The position numbers and the translations under genes are program-made. The notes beneath the pieces are model-generated. The model saw only the letters and a list, made by a program, of their open reading frames with translations, was not told where the DNA came from and did not search any database. Positions 15,480-29,320 of a DNA stretch of 64,000 nt are shown here, piece after piece. The first letter of the stretch is position 1, and each line of letters begins with the position of its first letter. The DNA comes from Octopus vulgaris. Its lineage: Eukaryota. The stretch spans positions 39,742,001-39,806,000 of the forward strand of contig OX597835.1 of the NCBI GenBank assembly GCA_951406725.2. Direction: 5' to 3'.

Positions 15480-15625
15480 ATTAACAATAACAAACAACAA
15501 AAGGACGTGCACAACGAACGTATTAGTTTGGCGCTAAGTAAAACGAGAGAGTTGTTGACGTTTCGAGCAATAACTCTTTGTCGGAAAGGAAAAAAATCCA
15601 ACGAAGGAAAGGAAATCGGCAACAG
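15480..15625 (-). mobile_element. Degenerate copy of the hammerhead-bearing short repeat
   Basis: Reverse complement ttccgacaaagagttattgctcgaaacgtcaac...ttagcgccaaactaatac. Confidence 0.55.
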
Positions 15626-15696
15626 GGTGCGTCTCTAGTTAAATTGATGATATAAATATACATATATACCTAATATCATCTATGTGTGCGTGTATG

Positions 15697-15748
<52 letters not shown>

Positions 15749-15791
15749 CAGACAAGGAATCATAAAGAAGAATGGAGAATTATTTATTACA

Positions 15792-16090
15792 GTTCTGTTG
15801 TGTCTGGGGAGAGTCATTTTCTTTTTGTGCCTTATTATGTAACACATTCACCGGTAAAATTTCCACTTTTTTATTGTCCTAAAACTTTCGTTGTTTCTTG
15901 CAACCTTTTCAATAGTCTTGACTGTGTCTGTTATTTACACTGCGTTCCCTTTTGTTTGTTTGTGCGCATGTGTGTGGGTCAGTGTGTGTGTGAGGACAAT
16001 ATAAATAAGAAAAAAGTGGAAATTTTACCGGTGAGTGTGTTAGATAATAAGGCACAAAAAAGAAAATGACTCTCCCCAAACACAACAGAA
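15792..16090. repeat. Inverted repeat, arms about 85 bp (Penelope-like terminal-repeat inversion)
   Basis: ttctgttgtgtctggggagagtcattttc...ttccacttttt is the reverse complement of aaaaaagtggaa...actctccccaaacacaacagaa. Confidence 0.85.
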
Positions 16091-16442
16091 TATGCTTCAA
16101 CACACGAACTCATATAAAGAATCTTGCAAGCCAAATTCAAAAACGAAATATTTATTACAGTATTATTCTCATAAAATTCCAATCCGACACAAGTTTCTGC
16201 TGGACAGATATCCTAGTGTCCATTGATACAGCATTTACATACATTTAGTCGATCCAGTTGCTGTACACATTCACCCAAGGTAGACATTCCTTTGCAGCTT
16301 TTTCGTTCCAGATTTTACCCATGCGGGTGGATGAAGTGAACATCATTCAATGTGGTTCGTCTGATCTGGATTATATCACTCTGTCGATATGGGGATTCAA
16401 AATTCCTATTTCTTTACGGTGTGTGTGTCTATCTGTTTATCA

Positions 16443-16491
<49 letters not shown>

Positions 16492-16649
16492 CGTGTGTGT
16501 GTGTGTGTGTGTTAGTGTATATATATATGTCTGTGTGTGTAAATTTATATATAAATATATACATACATAGTGTATATATATACACAAACACGCCTACACA
16601 CGCACACATATGTATATATACATATATACATATATGTAAATATATATAT

Positions 16650-16703
<54 letters not shown>

Positions 16704-16794
16704 GTGTGTGTTTGTGCCCCAGCATGGCCACACCTCATGGGCTGAAACTAGAATCAATCAATCATGTACCTGTATATATAAAAAAGCGTATAAT

Positions 16795-17002
16795 CTTTTC
16801 TACACTAGGCACAAGGCCCGACATTTGGGAAGGAGCAGCCCATTAGATCGACCCTAGTACGTAACTGCTACATAATTTATCGACCCCGAAAGGATGAAAA
16901 GCAAAGTCGACCTCGGCGGAATTTGAACTCAGAACGTAAAGACAAACAAAATACAGCGAAGCATTTCGCCCGGCGTGCTAACGTGTCTCCCAGCTCGGCG
17001 CC
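16795..17002 (-). mobile_element. SINE group D, full length
   Basis: atcgaccccgaaaggatgaaaagcaaagtcgacctcggcggaatttgaactcagaacgt. Confidence 0.88.
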
Positions 17003-17446
17003 ATAATGTATAGAGGTAGTTCGTGCTGGGCCCACACCATATATATATGTGTGTGTGTGTGTGTGTGTACTTGCATGTGTACCTTCAGCTATGTGTATAT
17101 GAATGCATCCAGTTACAGGAACATATATTTATATGTATGTGTAAGTATATACAATATATATATACACACACATACACACACACACATATATATATAGATA
17201 TATAAATATTCATACATGCACCGTGCACACACACAAAGAAACACATACGCACGAGTGCGCGTTTGCATGTGTGTGTGCATGCGTATCTTTGTGTGTGTGT
17301 GTGTGCGTGTGTAGTTGAAACCTTGATGCGTTCGTATGTCACGAGTAAATATAAACTGAAATATTGAAAATGTAGCTCGTCTTCCGAGGCAGCAATTCTT
17401 AGCGCTGAGTGTAGCACAACACATTTTCCCCACAATTTCACAACAG

Positions 17447-17652
<206 letters not shown>

Positions 17653-17996
17653 ATTTATACCTGTGTTAAACTCCATTTATTTATTCATATATTATTCAAA
17701 ATATTCCACGTAAACACGAAGTTTCTACCTTTATAAACAAGGACTTACAACCTCTTTACTTTGCTACCCCGGTAACTATTTATTTATTTTTTCCGTGTTA
17801 ATTGTTAACAAGGTAAAAAATACACTCATCTCTATAGCGAATAGTGGCAGCATATTAAAATACCTTTAAAGGTTAAAATTATAAACAACTTATAAACAAG
17901 GGCAAAAATACACATGTATGTAGGTATGTACATATATGTATGTATATATGCATATACTTATATATTATTTATATTATATCATATGTATATATCTGT

Positions 17997-18048
<52 letters not shown>

Positions 18049-18514
18049 CGGGAAGGTTTACGAAAATAAACAAAAGACGAAGGCAGGTGGAGTACAAACA
18101 AACAAATGTATTAGTATATCGCTCAGGAATAGAAATAGAAACATAATATAAATAATATATAAATATATGCATATATATATACATATATGTACATACCTAC
18201 ATATATGTGTATATATATACATGTATATATGGGTACAGGACATAAAAAAAAAAACGTTGAACACAATGATAAATGAAAACATGTAAACAAAAACATGGAA
18301 AGAGAATTTTTTTTTTCGAACAATGAAAAAAACCCCAGAGAAACGAGACAGGCAACATAAAGAATATTCCCCTTCATCAGTTGTCCCCTGTTTCATATAC
18401 ACATACACACATATATATCCCCATTTCTGACGAGGCCTTTTTCCTGAAACGTCACCATACATATCCCCCACCCCCGCGTCACAATACACCAACTGTATAC
18501 GAGATCTGCAGCGT

Positions 18515-18612
18515 TGCTTCGCGGTAAAAAGTTTCCTTCCGAACCACATGGCACCGTGTTCAGTCCCACTGCGTGTCAGTTTGCGCGAGTGTCCTCTACT
18601 GCAACATGTGTT

Positions 18613-18658
<46 letters not shown>

Positions 18659-18659
18659 T

Positions 18660-18702
<43 letters not shown>

Positions 18703-18885
18703 TGTGTTTGTGTGTGTATGTGTGTGTTTCTATTTGTACCACACCACCGCTTGACAACCGGTGACTTATCAGTTCGTCAAAAGACGTTGATAAAATAAGT
18801 AACAGTCTTAGAGGGATTCGTTAGGCTAAACCCTTGCAGCCGTGATCCAGCATGGCCACATTCTAATGACTGAAACAAGGAAAAC
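18515..18885 (+). mobile_element. SINE group A, degenerate
   Basis: ccacatggcaccgtgttcagtcccactgcgtg...cttgacaaccgg...ccagcatggccac...tgactgaaacaag. Confidence 0.7.
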
Positions 18886-18911
18886 ATGAGGAGGTGCATG
18901 ACTTAATGGAT

Positions 18912-18994
<83 letters not shown>

Positions 18995-20358
18995 CACATA
19001 CACACATACATACATAGAGACAGACAGACAGGGAGTGGAGGGTGAAGAGAGAGGGTGGGGCAGAATTTCTTGTAGGCTGTATAATTTGTTAGGCCTTGCA
19101 TATTTGAACCACCTCTGGGAGGTACTTGGATGCAACAGTTTCGATAAAGCCAATATTCCCGGACCAGCAGAAGATTATCAACATTTTACGGAAACAATTT
19201 ATCCAACTGTCGTCGGTCATTTTACGTGATTATATTTCTTTTAGATGTTAACAAATTCGGACAATTCCAGGCCCTCCTACTTTTATAAATATTTTATGGC
19301 TCGTTGGAAACGCAGAGTAATCTGAAAAGGTATCGTTGCTAGAATTGAAATACAAGCGAAGTTATGATGAATAGTTTGTAATAAATCGGATAAAAATAGC
19401 CCTTAAATGACGAACTGTTCGCTATCGAGTAACGAACAGCGTGTCTGTGGTATGCTATCGACAGCTGTTCGCTATACGGCAGAGATGTGGTTCGATATCC
19501 ATATATAATTGTTGGTGTATAAGGCGTGTTTTATATCATTTATAACTTCACTTGCAGTTTTGTGCAGGTCCGTAAATATACGTATAAACGGACTAAATTC
19601 GATCGTTCGTTATTTTCGGCCATTTCTCCATATGTGTGTGGTATGCATAAGTATGTGAGTGATTATCTTTACCTGTGCGTATACGTATGTATGCATACAT
19701 GTATGTGCGGGTGTGAGTGTGTGCATAAAATTAACAATATATATATATTTATATGTGTGTGTGTGTATGTTTGTAGAGAGAGAGAAAAAGAGACAGACAG
19801 ACAGACAGAGATAGACAGGCAGACAGATAGACAGGCAGGCCGGGAGACAGTCTGGCAGATACAAGACACAAAGATACATATGTATACAAGATACATAGAT
19901 ACAAACAGACGGACGGACAGGGAGATAGACAGACACACAGACAGATCGATCATCGTAATTTAGTGACAAATATGCAGATGAGGTTACGTGTAACCGTGTA
20001 CGTAAGTACTTGTGGCGCGCGCGTGTATGTATGTATGTATGTATGTATGTACGTAGGTACGTACGTACGTATGTATGTATGTATGTATGTATGTATGTAT
20101 GTATGTATGTATGTATGTATGTATGTATGTATGTACGGATGCAAAAGTCTATGGAACTATCCACGGAGCTTTGAAACAAATGCTGTGCAGAGATTCGAAA
20201 CCACGTCAACAGAGATCGAATCAAACCAGACTCATAATTCATTTCATTCCTCCGTGGGTGGGTAAGTACCAGTTAACTGACGGGGTCTATTTAATTGACC
20301 ATTCATCAATCTTTTGTACAATTATCGATTTGTGATTTCACAATAATATTACAAGTCG

Positions 20359-20451
<93 letters not shown>

Positions 20452-20654
20452 TACATACATATATATTGTCATAGTTAATTACTCACAATCATACGGGCAT
20501 AAAGCGAAATCGATCTTTTAATTGGCGTATCTCATCGATATACGCAAACCGCACGAGCACACCAACACATAAATGAGTGCGAAATTAACAAATTAACCCA
20601 AGCGGAAATATATATGCATGTGTGTGTGTTTGTGTGTGTGTGTGCGTGCGTGTG

Positions 20655-20719
<65 letters not shown>

Positions 20720-20944
20720 ATATATACTTATACACATACATTTATACATATATATACATATGTATATATACACACATACATATATACACAAATATATTTA
20801 TGTCATCACTTTTCTTATGTGAATGCTGTGTGCATATTTGTTTTTCATTTTTTTTTTCATTTTCATCTAGTTTCAGCTCACAAGCTGTGGCCATTCTGGG
20901 GCACCGACATTCGGTGTTGCTACATGATTTTACTTCACGAATGC

Positions 20945-21215
20945 TTTTTAGGAATTGACATTCGGTGCATGAGAGAGTTTGATGCAGCTGCCCTCATCTG
21001 CACCGCCTGTCGTGAGGTTGGTTCATCTGGGACACCTGACAGGAAGAGATCCAGCTTTATTTTAAAGACATCCGCATCCACCCCATGCAGGTTTCTCAGG
21101 TCCTTCGGGAGGATATTGAAGAGCTGTGGACCTCTGAAGCCCAGGCTATCGCAGTATCTTGTCCTACATCTTGATGGCAAATTTGGAGTCCTTGGCACTA
21201 TGCAGTGGCACCCAG

Positions 21216-21217
<2 letters not shown>
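20945..21217 (-). mobile_element. CR1/L2-group LINE ORF2 C-terminal remnant
   Basis: Translation DSLGFRGPQLFNILPKDLRNL...FKIKLDLFLSGVPDEP...AASNSL is typical of the LINE ORF2 end. Confidence 0.8.
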
Positions 21218-21256
<39 letters not shown>

Positions 21257-21576
21257 TATATATGTATACACATATATACACACTCACACACATACATACA
21301 CATATATATATATATATACATACACACACATAAGAAAAGCGATGACTAAGGAATAACCGATTGCGTTATGAACTTCTATAGCTTACAGCTGTTTCCACTA
21401 TAAGATGCAGAAGACTCATAGTTGAGTGCCTAGGCGTGGCTGTGTGGTAAGTAGCTTCCTTCCCAACTACATGATTCCGAGTTCAGTCCCATTGCATGGC
21501 ACCTTGGGCCAAGTGTCTTCTGCTATAATCTCGTATATATATATATTTTTTTTCGTTTGCCCTTATTTATAAGTTT

Positions 21577-21669
<93 letters not shown>

Positions 21670-21946
21670 TATATATATATACAAAACTTATAAATCAAAT
21701 GGCAAAACGAAATTAGAAATTTCAAATGCCAAATATGCCGAAATTAGACACATTGTCCATAACCATATAATTTATCACAATAAGCAAGCTACTCAAAATT
21801 TTTAGAAATTTGAAATTTTTTCGTTTGCCCTTAATTATACGTTGTTTATAAATTTAACCTTTAATGGTATTTCTTAAATATGCTGGCCATTGATAAAAAA
21901 TTTTTTTCGAAAAAAATGTTATCCTACATTAGATATATATATACGT

Positions 21947-22185
21947 GAAGGTGCGTGGCTTAGTGGTTAAGGCATTCGTGAGTTCAATTCCCAGCGACGC
22001 TTTATTGAGCAAGACACTATATTTCACGTTGCTCCAGTCCACTGGCAAAAATCATCAGTACCTGTATTTCAAAGGGCCAGCCTTGTCACCCTCTGAGCCG
22101 CGTTGAATCTCCCCGAGAACTACTTTAAGGGTACACGTGTCTGTAGGGTGCTCAGCCACTCGCACGTTAATTTCACAAGCAAGCT
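21947..22185 (+). mobile_element. SINE group B head joined to the shared tail module
   Basis: gaaggtgcgtggcttagtggtta...ttgctccagtccact...caaagggccagccttgtcac...gcacgttaatttcac. Confidence 0.8.
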
Positions 22186-22212
22186 AAGAAAAACAAAAGT
22201 AAGATATATATG

Positions 22213-22540
22213 TACTTGACTTGGCTTGAGACAGCATTCACTCGGGGTGGGTTGAGCTGGCTTCATTCATCCTCAATGCAGCATCTATCACAAATGCCGA
22301 CCAGACCTGGCGATTTGAGGCTAAAGACCGCGTGATCTCCAACCACTCCTTATTCAAGCGGCGAACGCCATAGACATGGGGGCCTAGGTTGGGTTCCAGA
22401 TCAGCCTTGACTGTCATCAGCCAGGTTTTTCGTTGTTCACCACATCGCTTTCGCCAACCCTGAAGGGAAGCTGGGGCAATTGCTTCGTAGATGAATTCGA
22501 CTGGTTGACGACGGAGGGCATGACCCAGCCAACGCAAACG
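22213..22540 (-). mobile_element. RTE-clade LINE 3' end
   Basis: RLRWLGHALRR...GWRKRCGEQRKTWL...WLEITRSLASNRQVWSA, then stop and a caagccaagtcaagt tail. Confidence 0.85.
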
Positions 22541-23185
22541 TATATATATGTACGCACACACATGGTCCAAATAATGCCGACCACGTGAGATTCTGGTACA
22601 TACACGTTGCATAGATCAGCATTGTTGTATAATCACCACACAGTCACAGATTAAAGGTTATGCTGCGTTTCATAGTCTGAAGACTCTGGCCCTGATTGCG
22701 ACACGAGCAAGTCACCGAGTTAACATCCCGTTATTTGCTTTACACGTTTTCAGCTTAACAACGTGTGCGTGAGTATGTGTTAGTGTGCGTTTATGCGCGC
22801 GAGTGTGTGTGTAATGTGAGACTGGGTGGGGGTGGGGGATAGGAGAGCAGTAAATTATGGGTCCATGTGTGTAAACATAAGTACATGTTTACATGGGTGT
22901 TGTCCTAAGCAAATAAATTGTTCAACGCAAGTTGCGTGTTGTGTGTTCCTAGGTGTACGTCTCCATTGAAACACTCGAGATATTGCACTGATAGATATAA
23001 GCTTTATATATGTACATATATGCGGGAGTGAGTGTATATATGTATATATGTGTGTGTGTATGCGTGTGTGCGAGTGTGTGTGTGTATCTGTGTGTACGTG
23101 TCTGTGTTGGGAGAGGTGTGTATATATGTATATGTATGTATATTATATATATATGTATGTATATAGATATATATGTATATATATG

Positions 23186-23264
<79 letters not shown>

Positions 23265-23345
23265 ATGTGTATATATATATATATATAAATATATACATAC
23301 ATATATATATATATATATACATATATATGTATGTATGTATATGTG

Positions 23346-23399
<54 letters not shown>

Positions 23400-23495
23400 A
23401 GAATATGTATAATATATGCAAATATACAAGTATGTATGAGTATTAACACATGTATCTAGAAAGGAATGTGTGCGTTGCGCGATATATATACACGC

Positions 23496-23529
<34 letters not shown>

Positions 23530-24009
23530 GTATGTATTTATATATATGTAAACATAAATGCGTATATGTATATATGTGTGTGTATGTATATGTATGCATG
23601 TATGCGTATATGTATGTCTATGTGTAAGTATATGTATGTATATGTATAAGGATTGATGTGTATGTAAGTATGTGTACATGTATATCAGTTGGTAAACCAT
23701 TGCTCAGGGAATAAGATTAACGATTAGCTACATTGGTGGTCTCCCTTGTCAGCCGCTCTTTTTACAATATAAAGATGTGGAGATGTGTTAACACACTTCG
23801 TTGCTGAATGCAGTGGACTTTCTGAACTGGCGTTATCAATCATCTAGTTCACTAGGACGACACACACACACACACACACACAAATATACGCGCACACACA
23901 CACACACACACACGCACACAAACACACACACACACGCACACAAACACAAATACACTCACACACGCGCGCGCAAACACAACACTTCACGGCATACTTTTAT
24001 TTGTGCGTA

Positions 24010-24060
<51 letters not shown>

Positions 24061-24257
24061 ATCAACTTATACAAGTATATGTGTCTCGATATACATAATT
24101 ATATAGCGATATATAATTATGCATGTGCGTATATGTCTGTGTGTGTGTGTGTGTGTGTGTGCACCAACGAACATATATCCTCAATGTATATGTATGTCTA
24201 TAAACATAATTGTATATACATTTACAGATATGTGCAGTTGAGTTTGCTTACATGCAT

Positions 24258-24364
<107 letters not shown>

Positions 24365-24466
24365 CACTCCCAATATATTTCCTTCAAACACACACACACA
24401 CACACACACGCGCGCACACACTCACTCACACACACACACGTTTGTATTCAAGTCTCTCTTTCGACT

Positions 24467-24680
24467 AGTGCTTCTCAAAACCTCTTTAATATCGTGGTCA
24501 GATCCAAAACCTGGATCTTTTTTAGGGAGCCACACCGCAAAAAGTAAAACACAAGTCAATTAAAGGAAAATGTATTTTACTTAAAGAAGGAAGATGTCGG
24601 GGGCAGGGCAGGATGTCACCAGAAGGATGCCTCAGAGTCGTATGCGGCCTTGGGAGCCGCAATTAAATAATTTAGGGTTT
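24467..24680. mobile_element. Degenerate hAT-type MITE
   Basis: Starts tagtgcttctcaaa; internal gggagccacac and tgcggccttgggagccgca motifs as in Charlie-like MITEs. Confidence 0.45.
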
Positions 24681-24994
24681 AGAGCGCGTATGCTTAGTCA
24701 TTTCTATTAACGACTAAAATTGACATTAATTGACAATCATTGGTGTGTGTGTTTGTGTGTCTGTATGTGTGTGTGTACGTGTGTGTGTGTGCGCGCGTGC
24801 ATGTGTGTGTGTGTGTGTGTGTGTATGCATGTATGTATGTACATATTATATATATAGGAATTCATGAAACATGGAGTGTCCAAGAAACACAAACCACAAG
24901 AAATACCCCCATTCGATCAAAGCATTATATATATATATACATATATATATATACACATACATACATATATATATATATGTGTGTGTGTGCGTGT

Positions 24995-25037
<43 letters not shown>

Positions 25038-25594
25038 TATATGTATATATGTATATATGTATATGTATATGTATATATATATATATACATATATGCATGT
25101 ATATGTATATACAATGCACACACACATACATATATAGATAAACATACATAGAAAGATGAATGGAATTATGCATACAGACACACTGTCACACCACGTAAAT
25201 ATATATAAAACGAACGAGGTATAAACAGAGAGAAATAGTTAGATGTATACATACACACACATACACATTTGTATATGTACGGAACGTCCTTCTATTACAA
25301 TAGCCGAATACCCGTCAGTGCCTTTGCAATGCAATGACTTGAGTCAACAGGAAGTTTCGCTATCTGAAAACTCATCAGTGGTTTCATTCTGATCGCTGAA
25401 ACCGGTGAAGGATTGAAAAATGTACCTAGTATATTTAAGTGTGGGTTGGCGGTGTATATTGTGTGCCACATACTTTATGTGGTATTACGTAAAATTGTAT
25501 GCTATAAGAAACATGATAATATTGTGTAAAATAATTAATTCATATATAATATAATCCACATACATTTATAGCACATATATTTATATACGCATAC

Positions 25595-25632
<38 letters not shown>

Positions 25633-25667
25633 CAAAGTTGAGTTGTGGGGTATCGCACGAGTGGAAT

Positions 25668-25806
25668 TATATACGAAAGAAGGTTTGAAAATACAATTTA
25701 AAAGATGTTTATTTACTTAACCGGTTTCACTCTTTGGAAAAGAGTGAAACCGGTTAAGTAAATAAACATCTTTTAAATTGCATTTTCAAACCTTCTTTCG
25801 TATATA
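25668..25806. repeat. Near-perfect palindrome, 68-bp arms, 3-nt loop
   Basis: tatatacgaaag...ccggtttcactcttt-gga-aaagagtgaaaccgg...ctttcgtatata, one mismatch. Confidence 0.95.
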
Positions 25807-26104
25807 TATATATACACACATGTGTCGTAAGTCCAAAACGTTTTTTTTTATCAGAAAATGAAAAAATACTTTCCCAAATTCCGTAAGAAAACCGTTGTAC
25901 TACATTTTGACAATGTTTGATATCTTGACATCTGAAGCAGCTGGAGATACGATAGTTTGACCAAAAGAACTAACTATTGCGATCAAGAATCGTAGTAAAA
26001 AAAATGAAGAACGCATTTGGCCAAATTTGGACATCCGAAAGTTTAACATAATAGCAATGATATATACAAACATACATACATACATACATACATACATACA
26101 TACA

Positions 26105-26223
<119 letters not shown>

Positions 26224-26569
26224 ATATAAATGTATCTCTCTCTATATATATGTATGTAAGTGTGTGTGTATATATATATACGTATATATGTAGATATGTA
26301 GATAGATAGATAGATAGATAGATAGAGAGAAAGAGAGAAAGGGACAGAAGAGTATAAGTGGTGATTATATATAAATATATATATATGTATACACACATAC
26401 ATGATCCTACGCACGCGCACACGTTTACATCTGTGTGCGTGTATGTGTGTTTCCGTGCGTATGTGTGTGTGTGTGTGTGTGTTTTTTACTATTGCAAATC
26501 ATCACATTGACCCCCAAACTATCACAGTTGTCGTTTGATAAACTTTCCTTTCATCAGCCTTATCAAATT

Positions 26570-26738
26570 CATATTCATCACCATCACCATCACCAACACC
26601 AACACCATCATCATCATCATTATCATCATCATCATCATCAAGTCGTCATACTCACCATCGTCACACCCCTCCTTATCTTAATCATTGCAATTCTTTCCAA
26701 CATACCCCACCACCACCACCACCACCACCACCACCATT

Positions 26739-26779
<41 letters not shown>

Positions 26780-26869
26780 TATCGTAATCGTCATTTCCAT
26801 GAATATTTAACAATATCACGGTTAGCGTAATCCTTCAAGATCTTTCATATCCTCATCCAGTCTTATCAA

Positions 26870-26900
<31 letters not shown>

Positions 26901-26955
26901 GTCATCATCATCGTCATCATCATCATCGTCATCATCATCGCCATCATCGTCGTCG

Positions 26956-27000
<45 letters not shown>

Positions 27001-27030
27001 CCATCGTCATCATCATCGTCATCATCATCG

Positions 27031-27071
<41 letters not shown>

Positions 27072-27201
27072 GTCATCATCATCATCGTCATCATCATCAT
27101 CATCGCCATCATCATCGTCATCATCATCGTCATCAGCATCATCATCATCATCGTCATCAGCATCATCATCATCATCGTCATCATCATCGCCATCATCATC
27201 G

Positions 27202-27266
<65 letters not shown>

Positions 27267-27290
27267 GTCGTCGTCGTCGTCGTCATCATC
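26570..27290. repeat. (CAT)n/(CAC)n/(CGT)n trinucleotide repeat region
   Basis: Direct inspection; continuous tract from about 26870 to 27290. Confidence 0.97.
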
Positions 27291-27504
27291 AACAGCTACG
27301 TCAACAACTCGTTATCTCTGACTTTTCCTGCAAATGGGAGGTCAAATAAGCGCAACGGAATTGCAAAGATTGGGGTTAGCAGTTAGATTGGAAACCCAAC
27401 TGATGATATGTACTTTAACCTAAGTTTAGCTCGTCTTGTACCTATTTTCAGAATATCATGTGCCGTAGTAACAAACACACGTACATAAACGCACATACGT
27501 ATGT

Positions 27505-28212
27505 GGATAAGATTTGGGGCGCGGGGGGGGGGGGTCCACAAAGCAAAATAGTAAATTGAGGATTCCCTATAGTCTTTTAAGGGCCCTTGAAAAAGATTTG
27601 CTTTAGATCAGTGCTCCGCAACCGGTATGCCGTGGCACCGAGATGATGCTAAGTGTGCCGCAGATAACCTGAATATTCTCTCTCTCTTTTACTCTTTTAC
27701 TTGTTTCAGTCATTTGATTGCGGCCATGCTGCAGCACCGCCTTTAGTCGAGCAAATCGACCCCGGGACTTATTCTTTTGTAAGCCCAGTACTTATTCTAT
27801 CGGTCTCTTTTGCCGAACCGCTAAGTAACGGGGACATAAACACACCAGCATCGGTTGTCAAGCAATGCTAGGGGGACAAACACAGACACAAACACACAAA
27901 CACACACACGCATATATATATATACGAGGGGCTTCTTTCAGTTTCCGTCTACCAAATCCTCTCTCAAGGCTTTGGTCGGCCCGAGGCTATAGTAGAAGAC
28001 ACTTGCCCAAGATGGCACGCAATGGGACTGAACTCGGAACCATGTGGTTGGTAAGCAAGCTACTTACCACACAGCCACTCCTGCGCCTATACTCTTAGTT
28101 ATACTTTTAGTTCAGTTGAGCCGCCGAATTTTGAAAAGAAAGTGGTGTCCACCAGAATAAAATTGTAATCAAAGGGGTCCATAAGTAAAAAAAAATGGTT
28201 GGAAACTTCTGA
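27505..28212. mobile_element. hAT-type MITE (same family as 30664-30998), multiply interrupted
   Basis: ggggtccacaaagcaaaatagtaaa...ttttaagggccc at 27530-27608 and gtccaccagaat...atcaaaggggtcca at 28147-28212. Confidence 0.7.
27684..28087 (-). mobile_element. SINE group A, full length, young
   Basis: From the (ctctttta)n tail to accacacagccactcctgcgcc; highly similar to the 39331 and 52211 copies. Confidence 0.92.
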
Positions 28213-28542
28213 TTTTGACAAATACTTAAACTACTTGCGGCGTTAAAAGAGGACCATGACAGCCAATACGGTTTCCATTAGAACAGAGGAAACTGCTTCC
28301 AGTACCAAAAATCTGTGACCCTTTAGCATTTAATCGGGCCGTATCAGAATTAAATATTCTTCTTGTTTTAATGTTAATGGCCAGATCTAACCTCTCTCAC
28401 CTACCCTACAATGTCATTCAAGAAATAAACAATGACATCATCAAAATCCCAAAGCTACTAAATAATGCATGATTAATTCAAAGCAATATACATGAATAAT
28501 TTGGCAGAGTTAATCTGAATGCTGAAAGTCTGAAACCAATGC

Positions 28543-28563
28543 TTCTTTCTTTCTTTCTTTCTT

Positions 28564-28606
<43 letters not shown>

Positions 28607-28830
28607 CTCCTCCTCCTCCTCTCTTCTTCTTCTTCTTCTTCTTCTTCTTCTTCTTCTTCTTCTTCTTCTTCTTCTTCTTCTTCTTCTTCTTCTTCTTCTT
28701 CTTCTTCTTCTTCTTCTTCTTCTTCTTCTTCTTCTTCTTCTTCTTCTTCTTCTTCTTCTTCTTCTTCTTCTTCTTCTTCTTCTTCTTCTTCTTCTTCTCC
28801 TTCTTCTTCTTCTTCTTCTTCTTCTCTCTT
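28543..28830. repeat. (CTTT)n/(CT)n/(CTT)n polypyrimidine tract
   Basis: Direct inspection. Confidence 0.97.
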
Positions 28831-29320
28831 CTCCGTTCTATGCAATGAGTGCTACAACTACTTCGGTAGTGACGAAATATATTGAATAAAGCTGCAGCGC
28901 TGTAGACAAGCAGTTTCCTTTCGTAACAAAAGATAACATCCTACAATTCACTTTCAGTAACAATTTAAATGAACCACAATAGGGCTTCTATCTGATCGAT
29001 TGATATTAAAAACCGTAAGTTCTTGGCATCAGCTTGAAGCAGTCCATAGACAATGATATAGACAGGCTCAATCACAGGAAAATATTAAAAGAGGCTTAAA
29101 ATCAATCCTGACAGCTTTTAAGTGCCGTATGGTATTATTCAGACTATTTCTGCGAAACAAAAGCGAGTCTAGAGTGAACTTCTTGGGTACATTCCATGCA
29201 GACCCTGAGAGCTTCTGAAGAAACGTACAGCGAAAGGGACTCTCCATACGAAATAAAAGTTACGTTGATTGAAGTCATTTCTGTAAACGTAAGGGTTGTG
29301 CTAATATTAAGATTCCTTAA

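Noticed and set aside
19090-19229. Short open frame as an exon
   Set aside because: Weak splice signals and no recognisable domain.
26435-27292. Poly-His and poly-Met ORFs
   Set aside because: A (CAT)n expansion with no flanking coding context or splice evidence.
28510-28889. Poly-Glu and poly-Leu ORFs
   Set aside because: A (CTT)n microsatellite.
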